The notes: a model not told the origin generated them from the letters alone. A stretch of 64,000 nt of DNA from Parachlamydiales bacterium (GCA_963705295.1 OY970065.1:1568001-1632000), one strand, 5' to 3'. Shown: positions 9,444 to 19,814, numbered from the stretch's first letter. Made by a program: numbers and translations.

Positions 9444-9846
9444 GCTCTTTCTTTTTGTACAAAGCGTCTAAAACAGCATTAACGAAGGTTGCCCCTTCAG
9501 CCGTTGCAAATTTTCGTGCAAGCCGGATCGCCTCGCTGAGAGCAACTTTGGGAGGAACGGTTTTAGAAAAATAGATTTCATACAGAGCCAGTCTCAATAA
9601 ATTTCTCTCTACCCTGGGAATCCTCTCGAATTCATAATCTGTCGCTGTTTCCGAGATCCATTGATCGAGGATGTACATTTTGTCTCGTATTTGTTGAGCG
9701 AGCTCATCTGCCGCGTGCAGTGTTTTTTTGGTCACCTTATGATGCTCCATGAGAAAAGGAAAAATTTCACTCTGCTCGCTTTCTGAGAAATCAGAGCTAT
9801 ACAACAGGTGGAAGACGATTTCTCGGAGTTTGTGCGGCGTCAGCAT
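9433..9846 (-). CDS. nusB: Transcription antitermination factor NusB
   Basis: ERNLLRLALYEI, PPKVALSEAIRLARKF and FVNAVLD motifs. Confidence 0.97.
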   Translation of the reverse strand: MLTPHKLREIVFHLLYSSDFSESEQSEIFPFLMEHHKVTKKTLHAADELAQQIRDKMYILDQWISETATDYEFERIPRVERNLLRLALYEIYFSKTVPPKVALSEAIRLARKFATAEGATFVNAVLDALYKKKEHAF

Positions 9847-9852
9847 CCCGCC

Positions 9853-9882
9853 AGTATATCAAAAAGTCGATGGTGAATTCAA
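9853..9882 (-). promoter_or_regulatory. Sigma70-type promoter of nusB (leaderless-type)
   Basis: Minus strand reads TTGAAT-N18-TATACT with extended TG, then 6 nt and ATG. Confidence 0.65.
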
Positions 9883-9987
9883 TAATTCTTAAGTCCCTTA
9901 TTCTAAAAGACTTCGGTGCATCCATGCAATTTTTTTTTGCCATGGAAAAATTTCCTTTGTTTCAGTAAGATTTTCCCGGAGGTATTT

Positions 9988-10350
9988 ATGTCAATGATTG
10001 TAGAGTCAGCTGCTCAAGGAATAGTCTTTGGAGGTGCTGCATTTCTGTATGGTAAATTTGCTTTAGGTTCATCTAGATCGCTAGAATTGGCAGCTCTTGT
10101 TACAGGCGCAGTTGCCCTAAGTGAGTTTGCTCGTCGATTATCTCAAAAGGAAATTTCAAATTTAAGATTGCGCCAAGTTGTTTACCACTTATTACCCATT
10201 GGAGCCACTTTTTTAACGCTTAGGATTGGAAAGTATTTCCAATTAAGAAACCCCGATCTCCACTCATTTTTTGGGATTGTATGTATCTTGGATGCACTTG
10301 CAGGGGCATTTGTTGCATCGAGTGGTGACAGACCTCGTCGCGTTTTCTAA
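9988..10350 (+). CDS. Small hypothetical membrane protein
   Basis: GGAGG SD before ATG at 9988; about four hydrophobic helices; stop overlaps the next start (TAATG). Confidence 0.7.
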   Translation: MSMIVESAAQGIVFGGAAFLYGKFALGSSRSLELAALVTGAVALSEFARRLSQKEISNLRLRQVVYHLLPIGATFLTLRIGKYFQLRNPDLHSFFGIVCILDALAGAFVASSGDRPRRVF

Positions 10351-10985
10351 TGAATGAAGCTGTTTTTCTGCTACAGATTTTGGTGATTCTGGGCTCCCTT
10401 TGGGGAGCCTGGAAAATCGGTAAAGAAGCACTTATTGCGCTGTCTGTTCTATTGGCGATTTTGGCCAATTTTTTTGTTTTGAAACAGGTGGAGCTTTTTG
10501 GATGGAATGTCACCTGCAGTGATCCGTTTGCCATTGGGAGTATTTTTGGATTGAATCTCATCCAGAAAGGATTCGGTCGAGAAGCGGCCAAAAAAACCAT
10601 CTGGATTTCGCTTTGGGGAATGGTGTTTTTTGTCATCGTTTCTCAAATCCATCTCCAATATGAGCCGAGTCGTTTTGATTCGAGTCAAGGCCATTTTATG
10701 GCCCTCCTCGCTCCTGCACCGCGGCTGCTTTTCGCTTCGATGATCACTTTTTTTATTGTTCAGCAGCTCGATGTGAGAATTTATGGATTTTTAAAACGGA
10801 ACACCCCTTCATTGTTCCTTTCGCAAGCCATCGATACGGTTCTTTTTAGTTTTCTTGGACTCTATGGGATTGTGCAAGAGATCGGTTCCATCATCATGAT
10901 GAGTTACTGTGTGAAATGTGCCGTCATTTTGATCACAACGGCTTCAGCCCGTTTTTTCCAAAAGCCTCTGTCAAATGAAATTTGA
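10350..10985 (+). CDS. yhhQ: Queuosine precursor transporter, YhhQ/VUT family
   Basis: ANFFVLKQ, PRLLFAS...QQLDV and SQAIDTVLFSFLG motifs; directly upstream of tgt. Confidence 0.88.
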   Translation: MNEAVFLLQILVILGSLWGAWKIGKEALIALSVLLAILANFFVLKQVELFGWNVTCSDPFAIGSIFGLNLIQKGFGREAAKKTIWISLWGMVFFVIVSQIHLQYEPSRFDSSQGHFMALLAPAPRLLFASMITFFIVQQLDVRIYGFLKRNTPSLFLSQAIDTVLFSFLGLYGIVQEIGSIIMMSYCVKCAVILITTASARFFQKPLSNEI

Positions 10986-12096
10986 AATTCTCCATACCTC
11001 GTCGAAATCGAGGGCTCGCTTAGGAAGGATCCATACGCCGCATGGAATCATTGAAACGCCGAGTTTCGTTGCTGTCGGCACCCATGGATCGATCAAAGGG
11101 CTCGACAATAAACTTGTTCAGGAGATTGGCCTGCAGCTGATGTTTTGCAATACGTATCATCTCCTCTTGCAACCGGGGACAGAGGTGATAAAAAATGCCG
11201 GTGGAATTCACAAGTTTATCAACAGGGATTTGCCGATCATCACCGACTCGGGTGGATTTCAGGTCTTTAGTCTCGCTTATGGGGGTGTCGCGAATGAACT
11301 CAAAAGCAAAGGAACCAAAAAGACCGATGGCACTGTTTTAAAAATCACCGAAGAAGGGGTTTTATTCCGGTCGTACCGCGACGGCGCCAAAATCATGCTC
11401 ACCCCTGAAATCTCGATCGAGGCGCAGAAAAATTTAGGTGCCGATATCATCATCCCCTTTGATGAACTCCCACCCTATCACATGGACCCGTATGCCCTTC
11501 TCGCCTCGTTAGAGCGGACCCACCGGTGGGAAGAGAGATCGCTCTCAGCCCACCTGAAAAACCCTCAAAATCAAGCGATGTACGGTGTCATCCATGGAGG
11601 AATCGATCCGAGGCTGCGTCAAAAAAGCTGCGAGGTTTTAACGGCTCTTCCCTTCGATGGATTTGCCATTGGAGGAAGTCTTGGGAAAAATAAAGATGAG
11701 ATGATTGGCATGTTGACGGGCATGATGCCGCTCCTACCGGTTGAAAAACCGAACCATTTGCTGGGAATAGGAGATCTCGAATCGATCGGAGCGTGCATCC
11801 CCTTAGGGATCGATACGTTTGACAGCTCGTACCCAACGCGTGCGGCACGGCATGGGATGGCGCTGACGGCGTCGGGGCCTCTTAATCTCACTCAAGGGAA
11901 ACAAGCTAGCCGTTTTGAGCCGATTGAGGCAGGTTGTGGTTGTTCGACATGCCAACATTTTACCGTGGCCTATTTAAACCACCTCTTTAAAGCCCGAGAA
12001 ATCACAGCCCTCACATTGACAACCGTTCACAATCTCCATTTCATGGTGAGACTCATGGAGTCTTACCGAGCAGCGATCGCCGTCGACCTGCTATAG
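10975..12096 (+). CDS. tgt: tRNA-guanine transglycosylase
   Basis: ARLGRIHTPHG, CNTYHL, TDSGGFQVFSL and CGCSTC...HNLHFM Zn site. Confidence 0.97.
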   Translation: MKFEILHTSSKSRARLGRIHTPHGIIETPSFVAVGTHGSIKGLDNKLVQEIGLQLMFCNTYHLLLQPGTEVIKNAGGIHKFINRDLPIITDSGGFQVFSLAYGGVANELKSKGTKKTDGTVLKITEEGVLFRSYRDGAKIMLTPEISIEAQKNLGADIIIPFDELPPYHMDPYALLASLERTHRWEERSLSAHLKNPQNQAMYGVIHGGIDPRLRQKSCEVLTALPFDGFAIGGSLGKNKDEMIGMLTGMMPLLPVEKPNHLLGIGDLESIGACIPLGIDTFDSSYPTRAARHGMALTASGPLNLTQGKQASRFEPIEAGCGCSTCQHFTVAYLNHLFKAREITALTLTTVHNLHFMVRLMESYRAAIAVDLL

Positions 12097-12665
12097 CCCG
12101 CTTCTTCCAATTGTTGCCGGTAGCACCGATAACAGACGGGGAGATACCTCTCCTCACCACCAAGTTGCACCGTCGGCCCTTCTAAAACCGCCTTCCCGTC
12201 GACATGGCGGAGATTGATGATCGATTTCCGATTGCAGAAATAACAGGTCGCTTTCACTTCTTCGATCGAATCGGAAAGTTCCATCAGCCTCATCGATCCA
12301 GGAAAGAGTTTTGCCCGGAAATCGGTTCGAAGGCCATAACAAATCACCGGAATATCTTTGTCGAGAGAAATATCGCGCAGTTGTTCGATGTGCTCCATGG
12401 AAAGAAAGTGGGCTTCATCGACTAAAAGACAGTTGACTCCTTCAAAGTTGATCTGCATCAAATCAGAGGTTGGAGAAATCAGCACATCGGCCTCCATCTG
12501 AAGACCCGCTCTCGATTTGATGAATTCTTTTCCATAACGGATATCCAAATCGGGTTTTAGAAGAAGAACCTGTTTTCCTTGTTGTCTGTAGTTGTGTGCA
12601 ACTGCCAGCAAATTTAAGGTTTTTGCGCTACCCATCGTACCGTGACGAAAATAAAGCTTGGCCAT
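12063..12665 (-). CDS. tdk: Thymidine kinase
   Basis: GTMGSAKT, VDEAHF, YGLRTDF, CYFC and YLPVCYRC motifs. Confidence 0.97.
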   Translation of the reverse strand: MAKLYFRHGTMGSAKTLNLLAVAHNYRQQGKQVLLLKPDLDIRYGKEFIKSRAGLQMEADVLISPTSDLMQINFEGVNCLLVDEAHFLSMEHIEQLRDISLDKDIPVICYGLRTDFRAKLFPGSMRLMELSDSIEEVKATCYFCNRKSIINLRHVDGKAVLEGPTVQLGGEERYLPVCYRCYRQQLEEAGYSRSTAIAAR

Positions 12666-12696
12666 TTTTAGACTCCCGGTTAAGGTTATTACTATA

Positions 12697-13296
12697 ATGC
12701 CATCGTCAGATATTAAAGTCAGAACTTTAATGGGAGCGGGGATTAGAACCTATATCCCGAGTATTGTTAAAATCAGAAGCGAAGTTCTGTGCGAAATGCC
12801 GTATGTCTGTCAAAGTACCGTTCCTTCCGATGTCCACTTTGTGAAAAAATGTAGCCAAATCAAAGATGCCATCGCCGTCCTCATTTTTGACGGCCCAAAA
12901 ATCATCGGCGCCACGCTCGGAATGCCCCTCGAGGAATTACCGACCTATTACCACCACCCGTTCCTCGAAAAAGAAGACACCATCGGCGATTACTATTATT
13001 TCGACTTTTGCGCCCTTCTCAAACCTTATCGGAGCCGCGGACTGGCTCACCATTTCTTCGATATCCGTGAAGACCATGTCAAACATCTCAAAAGATACAA
13101 GAAAATCTGCCTCTCTGAAATTGTTCAGACCAACCATCTCAAGCGGTATCCCAACGATCCCGTTGCCCTCGATCTCTTCTGGAAAAGACGTGGGTTCATC
13201 GAACACCGCGATCTCATCTCCGAAGTGCCCCTCTTCGGCACCGAAGCCAAAAATCACATCCCCCGCTCCATGATCTTCTGGGTCAAAGACATTTAG
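12697..13296 (+). CDS. GNAT-family acetyltransferase-like protein
   Basis: IIGATLGMPL, LLKPYRSRGLAHHFFD, FWKRRGF and MIFWVK motifs; start approximate. Confidence 0.75.
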   Translation: MPSSDIKVRTLMGAGIRTYIPSIVKIRSEVLCEMPYVCQSTVPSDVHFVKKCSQIKDAIAVLIFDGPKIIGATLGMPLEELPTYYHHPFLEKEDTIGDYYYFDFCALLKPYRSRGLAHHFFDIREDHVKHLKRYKKICLSEIVQTNHLKRYPNDPVALDLFWKRRGFIEHRDLISEVPLFGTEAKNHIPRSMIFWVKDI

Positions 13297-13304
13297 GAAT
13301 TTTT

Positions 13305-15053
13305 ATGAGAGTTTCCTTTTCGAGACAAGGCTTTGTTTATGGAGCTGCTTGGAGTGCAACAACGGTTGTGCTGACCATTTTTAGTCACCGGAGATTCGGA
13401 TTGTTTGTGGTCGGCAGTGTAGCGCTGGGGCTGGCTCATGTTGTTGATTTTAACAGGGCGGTGAGAGAGTGGGATCCATCCAAACACCAGGAGATTCGCG
13501 AGTGGATGATCGTGGCCTGTTTTGTCACCAGCTCCGTTTTCGCTGCAGGACTCTTGCACGGTTTGTCGTACATTCCAAAAATGAGTCATTGGCCCTTTAC
13601 TCCGCTTGAGATTGGTTTAGCTCAATTCACGATTTTCTTTGGATTTTTGGGTTATGGTATTCCTGGTGTGAAAATGATCTATTTGAAAGGTCTTGAACTG
13701 TATAAAGCAGACGTGTGGAAAGAGATGCGTGCTTATATGGAGCAAGATGGAGGATCTAAAAGACTCATTCATTCGTTCCCTCAAAAATGCCAATTTCTTC
13801 TCGCTATTACAGCTCCTGAAAAATTTGAAAATCTTCTATCTTTTCCCGTTAAGATCAGTACAAGAATGTTTTTCTCAACCGATCACCTGGTAAAGTATTT
13901 GAAAGATCTTCTCGATAGTCCACGCTCTGCAACCCTTCTTGACCTCTCTCTCCATTTTCTTAAAGAGCTCCCTTCCCATCTACAATGGGAGTTGATTCCC
14001 CGTTATTTAGAAATCGGGAGAACTGTGAATATCGAACGGCGTCTCCCCATGCAGGGTGAAATTGCTGGTAAACGGCAGCTCCTCTCAGAAAATCAAAATA
14101 GACTTCTACGAAAATGCCAGCTCTCTCTCTTTGAAAGTTGGAACCAAAGACTCGATGAGCAAAAAGTTCAAGAAGTGTCAGGGGAAATCCACGAGTTAAG
14201 GAATGAGATTTCCCTTCATTGCAAAGAAACCGAGATCTTTTTGCCTCGACTGATCCTAACCGAACTCCGGCAATTTCAAAAACGGCTTCTCACAGGATTT
14301 GTAGCCTACAAACTCCAAAGGCTCAATTCTCAAACTTTAAGCCGGCAAAAAATCGACCGAATGGGCCCAACGAGCGATTTCATCATCGTTCAGTTTTCGC
14401 AAGATAAAAAATATCAACATTTCCTCGATCTTTTCAATGTTGCCGACCCCAACACATTCGACCAAGCTTTGGACAAACTGGGCATCGGAACGTTGGGTGA
14501 TTTCATCGGAAAGGTTTTAAATAACGATGAAAGCCTCCTCTATAAGGAAGCAGCCGTGCTCCGCCTTTTGAAAGAGTTTCTAAGCAGTCGAACGAGAAAT
14601 CGATTATATACCCTTTTGACTGGAACAACCACGCACCCGGTTTCCAAAGTCGCTCCCCTTGTCGATCGAGCCACTTACATCACCATCATGATCATTTCAA
14701 CGGCTGCTCCCCTCCAAAAATACCCTTATCAGACAGCTGTTGGCACCATCGGGGGTTTTGTCTACTATTCTAGACCGGCAATCCAAAGACGATTTTCGGC
14801 GGCAGCCCCGTACATAAGATCGTATCAAAGTTATCTCGATATTGCGATGAGAAGGCCTTTTTTACGCCTCTTTTTTGGAAGATCTTTTGAAGTATCTTCG
14901 TATCAAAATGCCGATACTTGGGGGAAAATGCGCATCCTGGCCCTGGAATGCTTCCATGCCTTCCTCATTTCCAATCTCGATGTTCGTGGGATCCCTATTG
15001 GTGGGCTGATCCAAGGCGCTGCCCTCGGTAGAGAAATTTATCAGCTTGTTTGA
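13305..15053 (+). CDS. Hypothetical membrane protein (possible secreted or Inc-like)
   Basis: 582 aa ORF with about four N-terminal hydrophobic segments, a helical middle and hydrophobic C-terminal segments. Confidence 0.7.
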   Translation: MRVSFSRQGFVYGAAWSATTVVLTIFSHRRFGLFVVGSVALGLAHVVDFNRAVREWDPSKHQEIREWMIVACFVTSSVFAAGLLHGLSYIPKMSHWPFTPLEIGLAQFTIFFGFLGYGIPGVKMIYLKGLELYKADVWKEMRAYMEQDGGSKRLIHSFPQKCQFLLAITAPEKFENLLSFPVKISTRMFFSTDHLVKYLKDLLDSPRSATLLDLSLHFLKELPSHLQWELIPRYLEIGRTVNIERRLPMQGEIAGKRQLLSENQNRLLRKCQLSLFESWNQRLDEQKVQEVSGEIHELRNEISLHCKETEIFLPRLILTELRQFQKRLLTGFVAYKLQRLNSQTLSRQKIDRMGPTSDFIIVQFSQDKKYQHFLDLFNVADPNTFDQALDKLGIGTLGDFIGKVLNNDESLLYKEAAVLRLLKEFLSSRTRNRLYTLLTGTTTHPVSKVAPLVDRATYITIMIISTAAPLQKYPYQTAVGTIGGFVYYSRPAIQRRFSAAAPYIRSYQSYLDIAMRRPFLRLFFGRSFEVSSYQNADTWGKMRILALECFHAFLISNLDVRGIPIGGLIQGAALGREIYQLV

Positions 15054-15138
15054 ACTCTAACACTCTCATTCTTAGAAACTTGGGATTTAATCTTTAATCT
15101 GTATTAATATTAAAGTTTTTATTATAATAGTTATAATT

Positions 15139-15825
15139 ATGGCTGTAGCGTTAAATCTAAATAACAGACGCTGGATAACTGTGAATGAGGTGGTCTCTCG
15201 TTTGGACGCCCTTGCAACTCGGATTTTCCCGAGGATTCAAGAACTCCCGACACGTTCCGAACGTTTCTCGGCTGTCTTTTGTATTCAAGTAGCGGGGCTC
15301 TCTATCTCCCTTATTACAGCTTTTCATGCCTCTACCGTTGCTGCTAGAATTTTTTCGACGTGGAAATGGCCTTCTTTATTGGATGTTTTTTTTCATTTGA
15401 TTTTAGCCTTCACGTTCGTCGTTTATTGCAATGCAACTCGGCAGATCATGAGACCTGATTCGAATGTCGAATTCTTTCGCACTCTTTTAACAAATTATCT
15501 TGCAAAACTCCCTAATAGAACCACCTTTTTGGAAGAACTTTCCGAGATGTCTGGAGATACCTTCACTAAATTCAAAGAAATGGCCCTAGAACACTTAATG
15601 GAATCTCCACATCCCTTGACGGCCGAAAATACTCCTCCTTTTGTCCATGAGCATCTAGAGGAACTGGAACAACTCCGTTTGGTCTATCAAAGCATGCTCG
15701 CTTCCGATCATCCGGAAGAACTCATCGGAGATATTTATAGAATAAGCGACAGCTTTATCTGGAGAACCCAACACCTCGGTGCTCGAGCTATCGTATCCGC
15801 TGTCTCTTGCCAGAGGCTCCTATGA
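15139..15825 (+). CDS. Hypothetical protein with bilobed hydrophobic region (Inc-like)
   Basis: Two adjacent hydrophobic stretches at about aa 42-97; AT-rich promoter region upstream. Confidence 0.6.
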   Translation: MAVALNLNNRRWITVNEVVSRLDALATRIFPRIQELPTRSERFSAVFCIQVAGLSISLITAFHASTVAARIFSTWKWPSLLDVFFHLILAFTFVVYCNATRQIMRPDSNVEFFRTLLTNYLAKLPNRTTFLEELSEMSGDTFTKFKEMALEHLMESPHPLTAENTPPFVHEHLEELEQLRLVYQSMLASDHPEELIGDIYRISDSFIWRTQHLGARAIVSAVSCQRLL

Positions 15826-16898
15826 CAAGTCGCATCGAAACAGAGAAAGGTTCTCCAGAATCTCCCCAAAATGAGCATGCATCTCTAGTCGATTCAAATA
15901 TGATCCCAAAAAATCCTCCAGCTGCAGCAACTCCGATGCCCCCAGTTTCCTTTGAGAAGACCAAGGAAGATGCCACACGGATTGTTACAACACTTCTCGA
16001 TCTTTTGATCACCCAATTGAAGGGTAGAAAATATTCCCACGAACTCCGATTTTTAAAAGCCGTGCGTGCAAAAAAATCGGTCTTGAATGGAGTCACTATT
16101 TTGGAACTTAAAAATAATCTTCGATCGATCATCGAAGTTTTGGCGAGACACCTAAAAAATGTCGATTTGGAAGATCTGATCCCTGTTGAACGTTCCCTGG
16201 AAGGAAATCACCCTGTCAGAAAATTCTTCAACCAGATGGAACAACTGATCGAAGTCTATCAATATGAAGACGACGCCGATATTTCTGATGAAGTGACTGC
16301 CTCTGAAATGTTTTTAGATTGCTCTTCTGCGTGCATCTTAAATGGATTTATTGGAGAAGGAATTCGAATTGCAGAGAAGATTACGGACCGTATCGCAAAG
16401 ACCACGGCTTGGACACAGATTGTTCAAATTCTCTGTATCTTTGAATTTTATGAAAAAGCCTTAGAAATTGCATATAAAATTGGAGATGAATTTAAAAGCG
16501 AGAAGGGTTCGGCACTGCTTCAAATTGCCCTCTCCCTTTACGGAAAAAAACGACTGATCGATAGTTTATATGTCGCAAAGCAGATCCCCCATACACATTT
16601 TAGAGGCCTTATTTTTCAACCCCTCATCCATGCCTTTTTGGGTGAAGCCAACTATGAAAAAGCGATGGAATGTGTTCAGTTTCTACCCACCTATTCTCAG
16701 CAAAAATGTATGATGGAAATGATCTTGAGAGATCTCTGTCTCGCAGGTAAAATTGAAGAGTGCGATAAACTGATCACAGCTATCAAAGACCCTCGCATCC
16801 GATCTTTAACCGTGCGCGATTTTGAGCAAATCAAACTCCTCAATTTCTGCACTTCTGGCAGCTCCGACGAATTCGTCGAAATGACGACTAGTTATTAA
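15822..16898 (+). CDS. Hypothetical protein with TPR-like helical repeats
   Basis: ATGA overlap with the previous gene; Pro/Ser-rich N-terminus; repeated A..IA..I.D pattern. Confidence 0.7.
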   Translation: MTSRIETEKGSPESPQNEHASLVDSNMIPKNPPAAATPMPPVSFEKTKEDATRIVTTLLDLLITQLKGRKYSHELRFLKAVRAKKSVLNGVTILELKNNLRSIIEVLARHLKNVDLEDLIPVERSLEGNHPVRKFFNQMEQLIEVYQYEDDADISDEVTASEMFLDCSSACILNGFIGEGIRIAEKITDRIAKTTAWTQIVQILCIFEFYEKALEIAYKIGDEFKSEKGSALLQIALSLYGKKRLIDSLYVAKQIPHTHFRGLIFQPLIHAFLGEANYEKAMECVQFLPTYSQQKCMMEMILRDLCLAGKIEECDKLITAIKDPRIRSLTVRDFEQIKLLNFCTSGSSDEFVEMTTSY

Positions 16899-17055
16899 CG
16901 GGGCTGGTAAACAAGTGACAAGATGCGCTGCGAGGCAAAGCCAGATTGATTCTCGCGAGGAATAACATTCTTGAATACGAAGGATTCCGAGCGAGAATCG
17001 ATATGGCGAAGCCGCAGCAAGCAGGTTGTCACTTGTTTACCAGCCCCGTTAATAA
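16892..17055 (+). repeat. Nested palindromic element E1 (MITE/RPE-like)
   Basis: Perfect 30-bp terminal inverted repeat TTATTAACGGGGCTGGTAAACAAGTGACAA (16892-16921 / 17026-17055); inner 94 bp identical to E4. Confidence 0.93.
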
Positions 17056-17168
17056 TAAGAAGATTTACCACCGAGCACAGCTCCGAGTATGTGGAGTTAG
17101 GACGTATCTGAAAAATTTTTATTCACTAAAAAAAAGTTTCAGCATATCTTTTTTAAAAAGGAGATTTT

Positions 17169-19814
17169 ATGGATTTTAAAAGACAAGCAATCGGTTTCGG
17201 TATTTCACTAGCACTTGTCATCCCATGTGGGTTATGGGGAGAAAGCGTTCAGACAACGAATATAAAGACCCAATACGGTAAAAAGAAAAATAAAACTTCG
17301 GGCTCTCTTCAAGATCATCAGAAAAAGAAAAATATCTACGATTTCGTTGTAGTTGGAGCTGGCAATGCGGGATGTGTAATAGCTAAGCGTTTGAGTGAAA
17401 ACGGCAAATATTCCGTTTGTTTGCTCGAAGCTGGACGCGATGATGCCCGTTTGCCGGAGCTACTTCCTGAGCCTTCTTCTGCTGATGTGCCACAGCCTGG
17501 GGACTTTCACTGGGGACAATATGTTCGTGCGACACAGCTAGCAGGTGAGCTTACTAACCGTGGATTTGGACAGTGGTGGTTTTATCAAACAACAAATAGT
17601 CGGCCCAATAATGTAACAAGTACCAGTTACAAAAGGTATTCAGGCTTTGGAGGATGTACTTCACATAATAGTGGGGCTACTCTTCGAAACGCCCCTTATA
17701 ACTGGAACGAATGGGCAGCCCTTGGTCTTACTGAATGGAGCGGAGGTAGTGCGCCTCTTTATCTAGATAGTCCGCTTATTAAGTATTACAAGAAGATGGA
17801 AAATCGATCTCAGGCATTGTTTGGTACAGCTTTCAAATTTTATGATCCTTCTTTGCCTCCAGGAAGTCCGGGTGGTTTTGATCCGGCCTACTACGGGTTT
17901 GATGGGATGGTGCCCTTAAATCTAGATGATTCAGCATTAGCAGTAACATTGCTTGAAATTATTTTAACAACACCTTCTCTCGCTCGTTTTGGGTACCCGC
18001 CAAATCTTGTAGACTTTGACTATCCCCCAACAGCGGCTCTTGGAGGAGTTGGTTTTCAACAGGTAACCAATCTTTTTCAAATTGACGATTCAACGATTAC
18101 AATACCCGGAACGGCACCAGCTCCTGGTGATTTTTCCAACAATGTTCCTGTGTCTTTATACAACCCTTATGGGGATGTAGGATTCAAAGTCCCGGTAGAA
18201 TATCAGCGCTTAAACGACCCTACTCTTGATCCTTCAGCCTTATTCATTACGCAAAGATCTAGCGCGGCTAATACTTATCTCTATGCGGCTCAAAAAACAC
18301 GGAATGCCAATCTGAAGATCAAATCGGAAGTTTTGGTGACCAACTTGATCATGTCGGGAAAAAAGGCGAAGGGTGTCGAGTACTTAAAAGGTTGGAATAT
18401 CTATCAGACCGGACGCAATCCGAATACGATGGATGGAGGATATGGTGGAACGGTAGCTGATGCCAAGTTAAATGGTATTACTGCGCTAGAGAAGGGTAAA
18501 AAACAAGTGTATGCAAGAAAGGCTGTTATTCTCTGTGCAGGTGTTTACAACACCCCTCAGATCTTGATGCTTTCTGGTATTGGAAATAAGCGTGACTTGA
18601 AAGAAGTAGGAATTAAACCCATCCACCATTTACCGGGTGTAGGAAAGCATCTCATCGATGCTCAGGAGCTGTTTATATTTTGGCAGTCACCCACTTCCCT
18701 ACCTCCAAATAGTCTAGGTCAATTAGCGGCTTTCACAAATCCTACTGACTCCCCAAATGGGATTCCTCCAACTTTCGATATCAGTATTTCCAATATCCTC
18801 CCAGCTTTTGATCAAAATCTTGAATCGATAGATGAATTTGTTCAAAAATCATGGATAGGACTTCGCAGCCTTCCAGCAACCCTTAACGCAAATACACGGA
18901 ATGCTTTCGAAAATATCTTGTTGAATCCCTCAAACCCAACTGCAAATCCTGCTCCCATTCCCGTGACATTTGTGTCAAAAATATCGCCTATACCCCCAGA
19001 AACAGGTCCATGGTTGGTAACTTTCTCCATTCCTTCCTCAACTGTATCTCAAGGCGGGTACACCATCGCTGGAAATTCAAACCCCAACTATGATGGAAAG
19101 TTTACTGCGACGAACATTAGTGGCAACAACATTCCCGATGTGACTTCTATTACTCTTTCATATCCTTTAGATCCGGGTATCTTTGGCTCTGGAGAGACTA
19201 CGATCACGGGTGATCCAGCATTTTTACCTATCATGATATCACCGGATCAAGTCCTAGGAATACTTATCGAACAAGAAGAACATAATCGATCGGAAGGTTA
19301 CGTAAAACTCCAGTCATCCGATCCAACAGTTCCTCCCCTAATTTTTATGAATTATTTGAGTAATCCACGAGATTTTCGGGACTGGAAAAGTGTCATGATG
19401 AACACGGTTTTTCCGATTATGGAGCAACTACCAGCTTTTGGTCTTTTTAGTAACCTTTTGTGGCCGGCTCCAGCTGACATATTGAAACCAGGTTTTACAA
19501 CCTTCAGCGTGGCTAATGTCGATGATTCGCCTGGCGGAAGGTTAGACCAATTCCTACTCAATTATGTCGGTGGACACCATGCCATGGGAACATGCAAAAT
19601 GGGCACTTCTTGCGATCGAAAGGCCGTAGTCGATCAGCACGGCGCTGTCCACGGGATCAAGCACCTCTATATTGCGGATATGAGTGTGGTGCCCGTGAGT
19701 GTCCGCTGGCCTAATGGTACAGCCTATGTCATTGCGGAAAAAATCGCAGATGATATTTTGACCGCTTATTCTAGCGACAAGAAGAATTCAAAGCTTGAAA
19801 AGAGAAAAAAGTGA
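17169..19814 (+). CDS. GMC-family FAD oxidoreductase with signal peptide and insertions
   Basis: YDFVVVGAGNAGCVIAKRLSE, VILCAGVYNTPQILMLSGIG, LPGVGKHL, HHAMGTCKMG and IADMSVVP motifs. Confidence 0.93.
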   Translation: MDFKRQAIGFGISLALVIPCGLWGESVQTTNIKTQYGKKKNKTSGSLQDHQKKKNIYDFVVVGAGNAGCVIAKRLSENGKYSVCLLEAGRDDARLPELLPEPSSADVPQPGDFHWGQYVRATQLAGELTNRGFGQWWFYQTTNSRPNNVTSTSYKRYSGFGGCTSHNSGATLRNAPYNWNEWAALGLTEWSGGSAPLYLDSPLIKYYKKMENRSQALFGTAFKFYDPSLPPGSPGGFDPAYYGFDGMVPLNLDDSALAVTLLEIILTTPSLARFGYPPNLVDFDYPPTAALGGVGFQQVTNLFQIDDSTITIPGTAPAPGDFSNNVPVSLYNPYGDVGFKVPVEYQRLNDPTLDPSALFITQRSSAANTYLYAAQKTRNANLKIKSEVLVTNLIMSGKKAKGVEYLKGWNIYQTGRNPNTMDGGYGGTVADAKLNGITALEKGKKQVYARKAVILCAGVYNTPQILMLSGIGNKRDLKEVGIKPIHHLPGVGKHLIDAQELFIFWQSPTSLPPNSLGQLAAFTNPTDSPNGIPPTFDISISNILPAFDQNLESIDEFVQKSWIGLRSLPATLNANTRNAFENILLNPSNPTANPAPIPVTFVSKISPIPPETGPWLVTFSIPSSTVSQGGYTIAGNSNPNYDGKFTATNISGNNIPDVTSITLSYPLDPGIFGSGETTITGDPAFLPIMISPDQVLGILIEQEEHNRSEGYVKLQSSDPTVPPLIFMNYLSNPRDFRDWKSVMMNTVFPIMEQLPAFGLFSNLLWPAPADILKPGFTTFSVANVDDSPGGRLDQFLLNYVGGHHAMGTCKMGTSCDRKAVVDQHGAVHGIKHLYIADMSVVPVSVRWPNGTAYVIAEKIADDILTAYSSDKKNSKLEKRKK

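Noticed and set aside
9850..10350. preQ1 riboswitch upstream of yhhQ-tgt
   Set aside because: No recognisable aptamer; the region is occupied by a CDS and divergent promoters.
16946..17179. Short ORFs over the palindromes (also 19856-20102, 22799-23176, 46166-46387, 62748-63179)
   Set aside because: They are read-throughs of repeat DNA or shadows of real genes, with no protein motifs.
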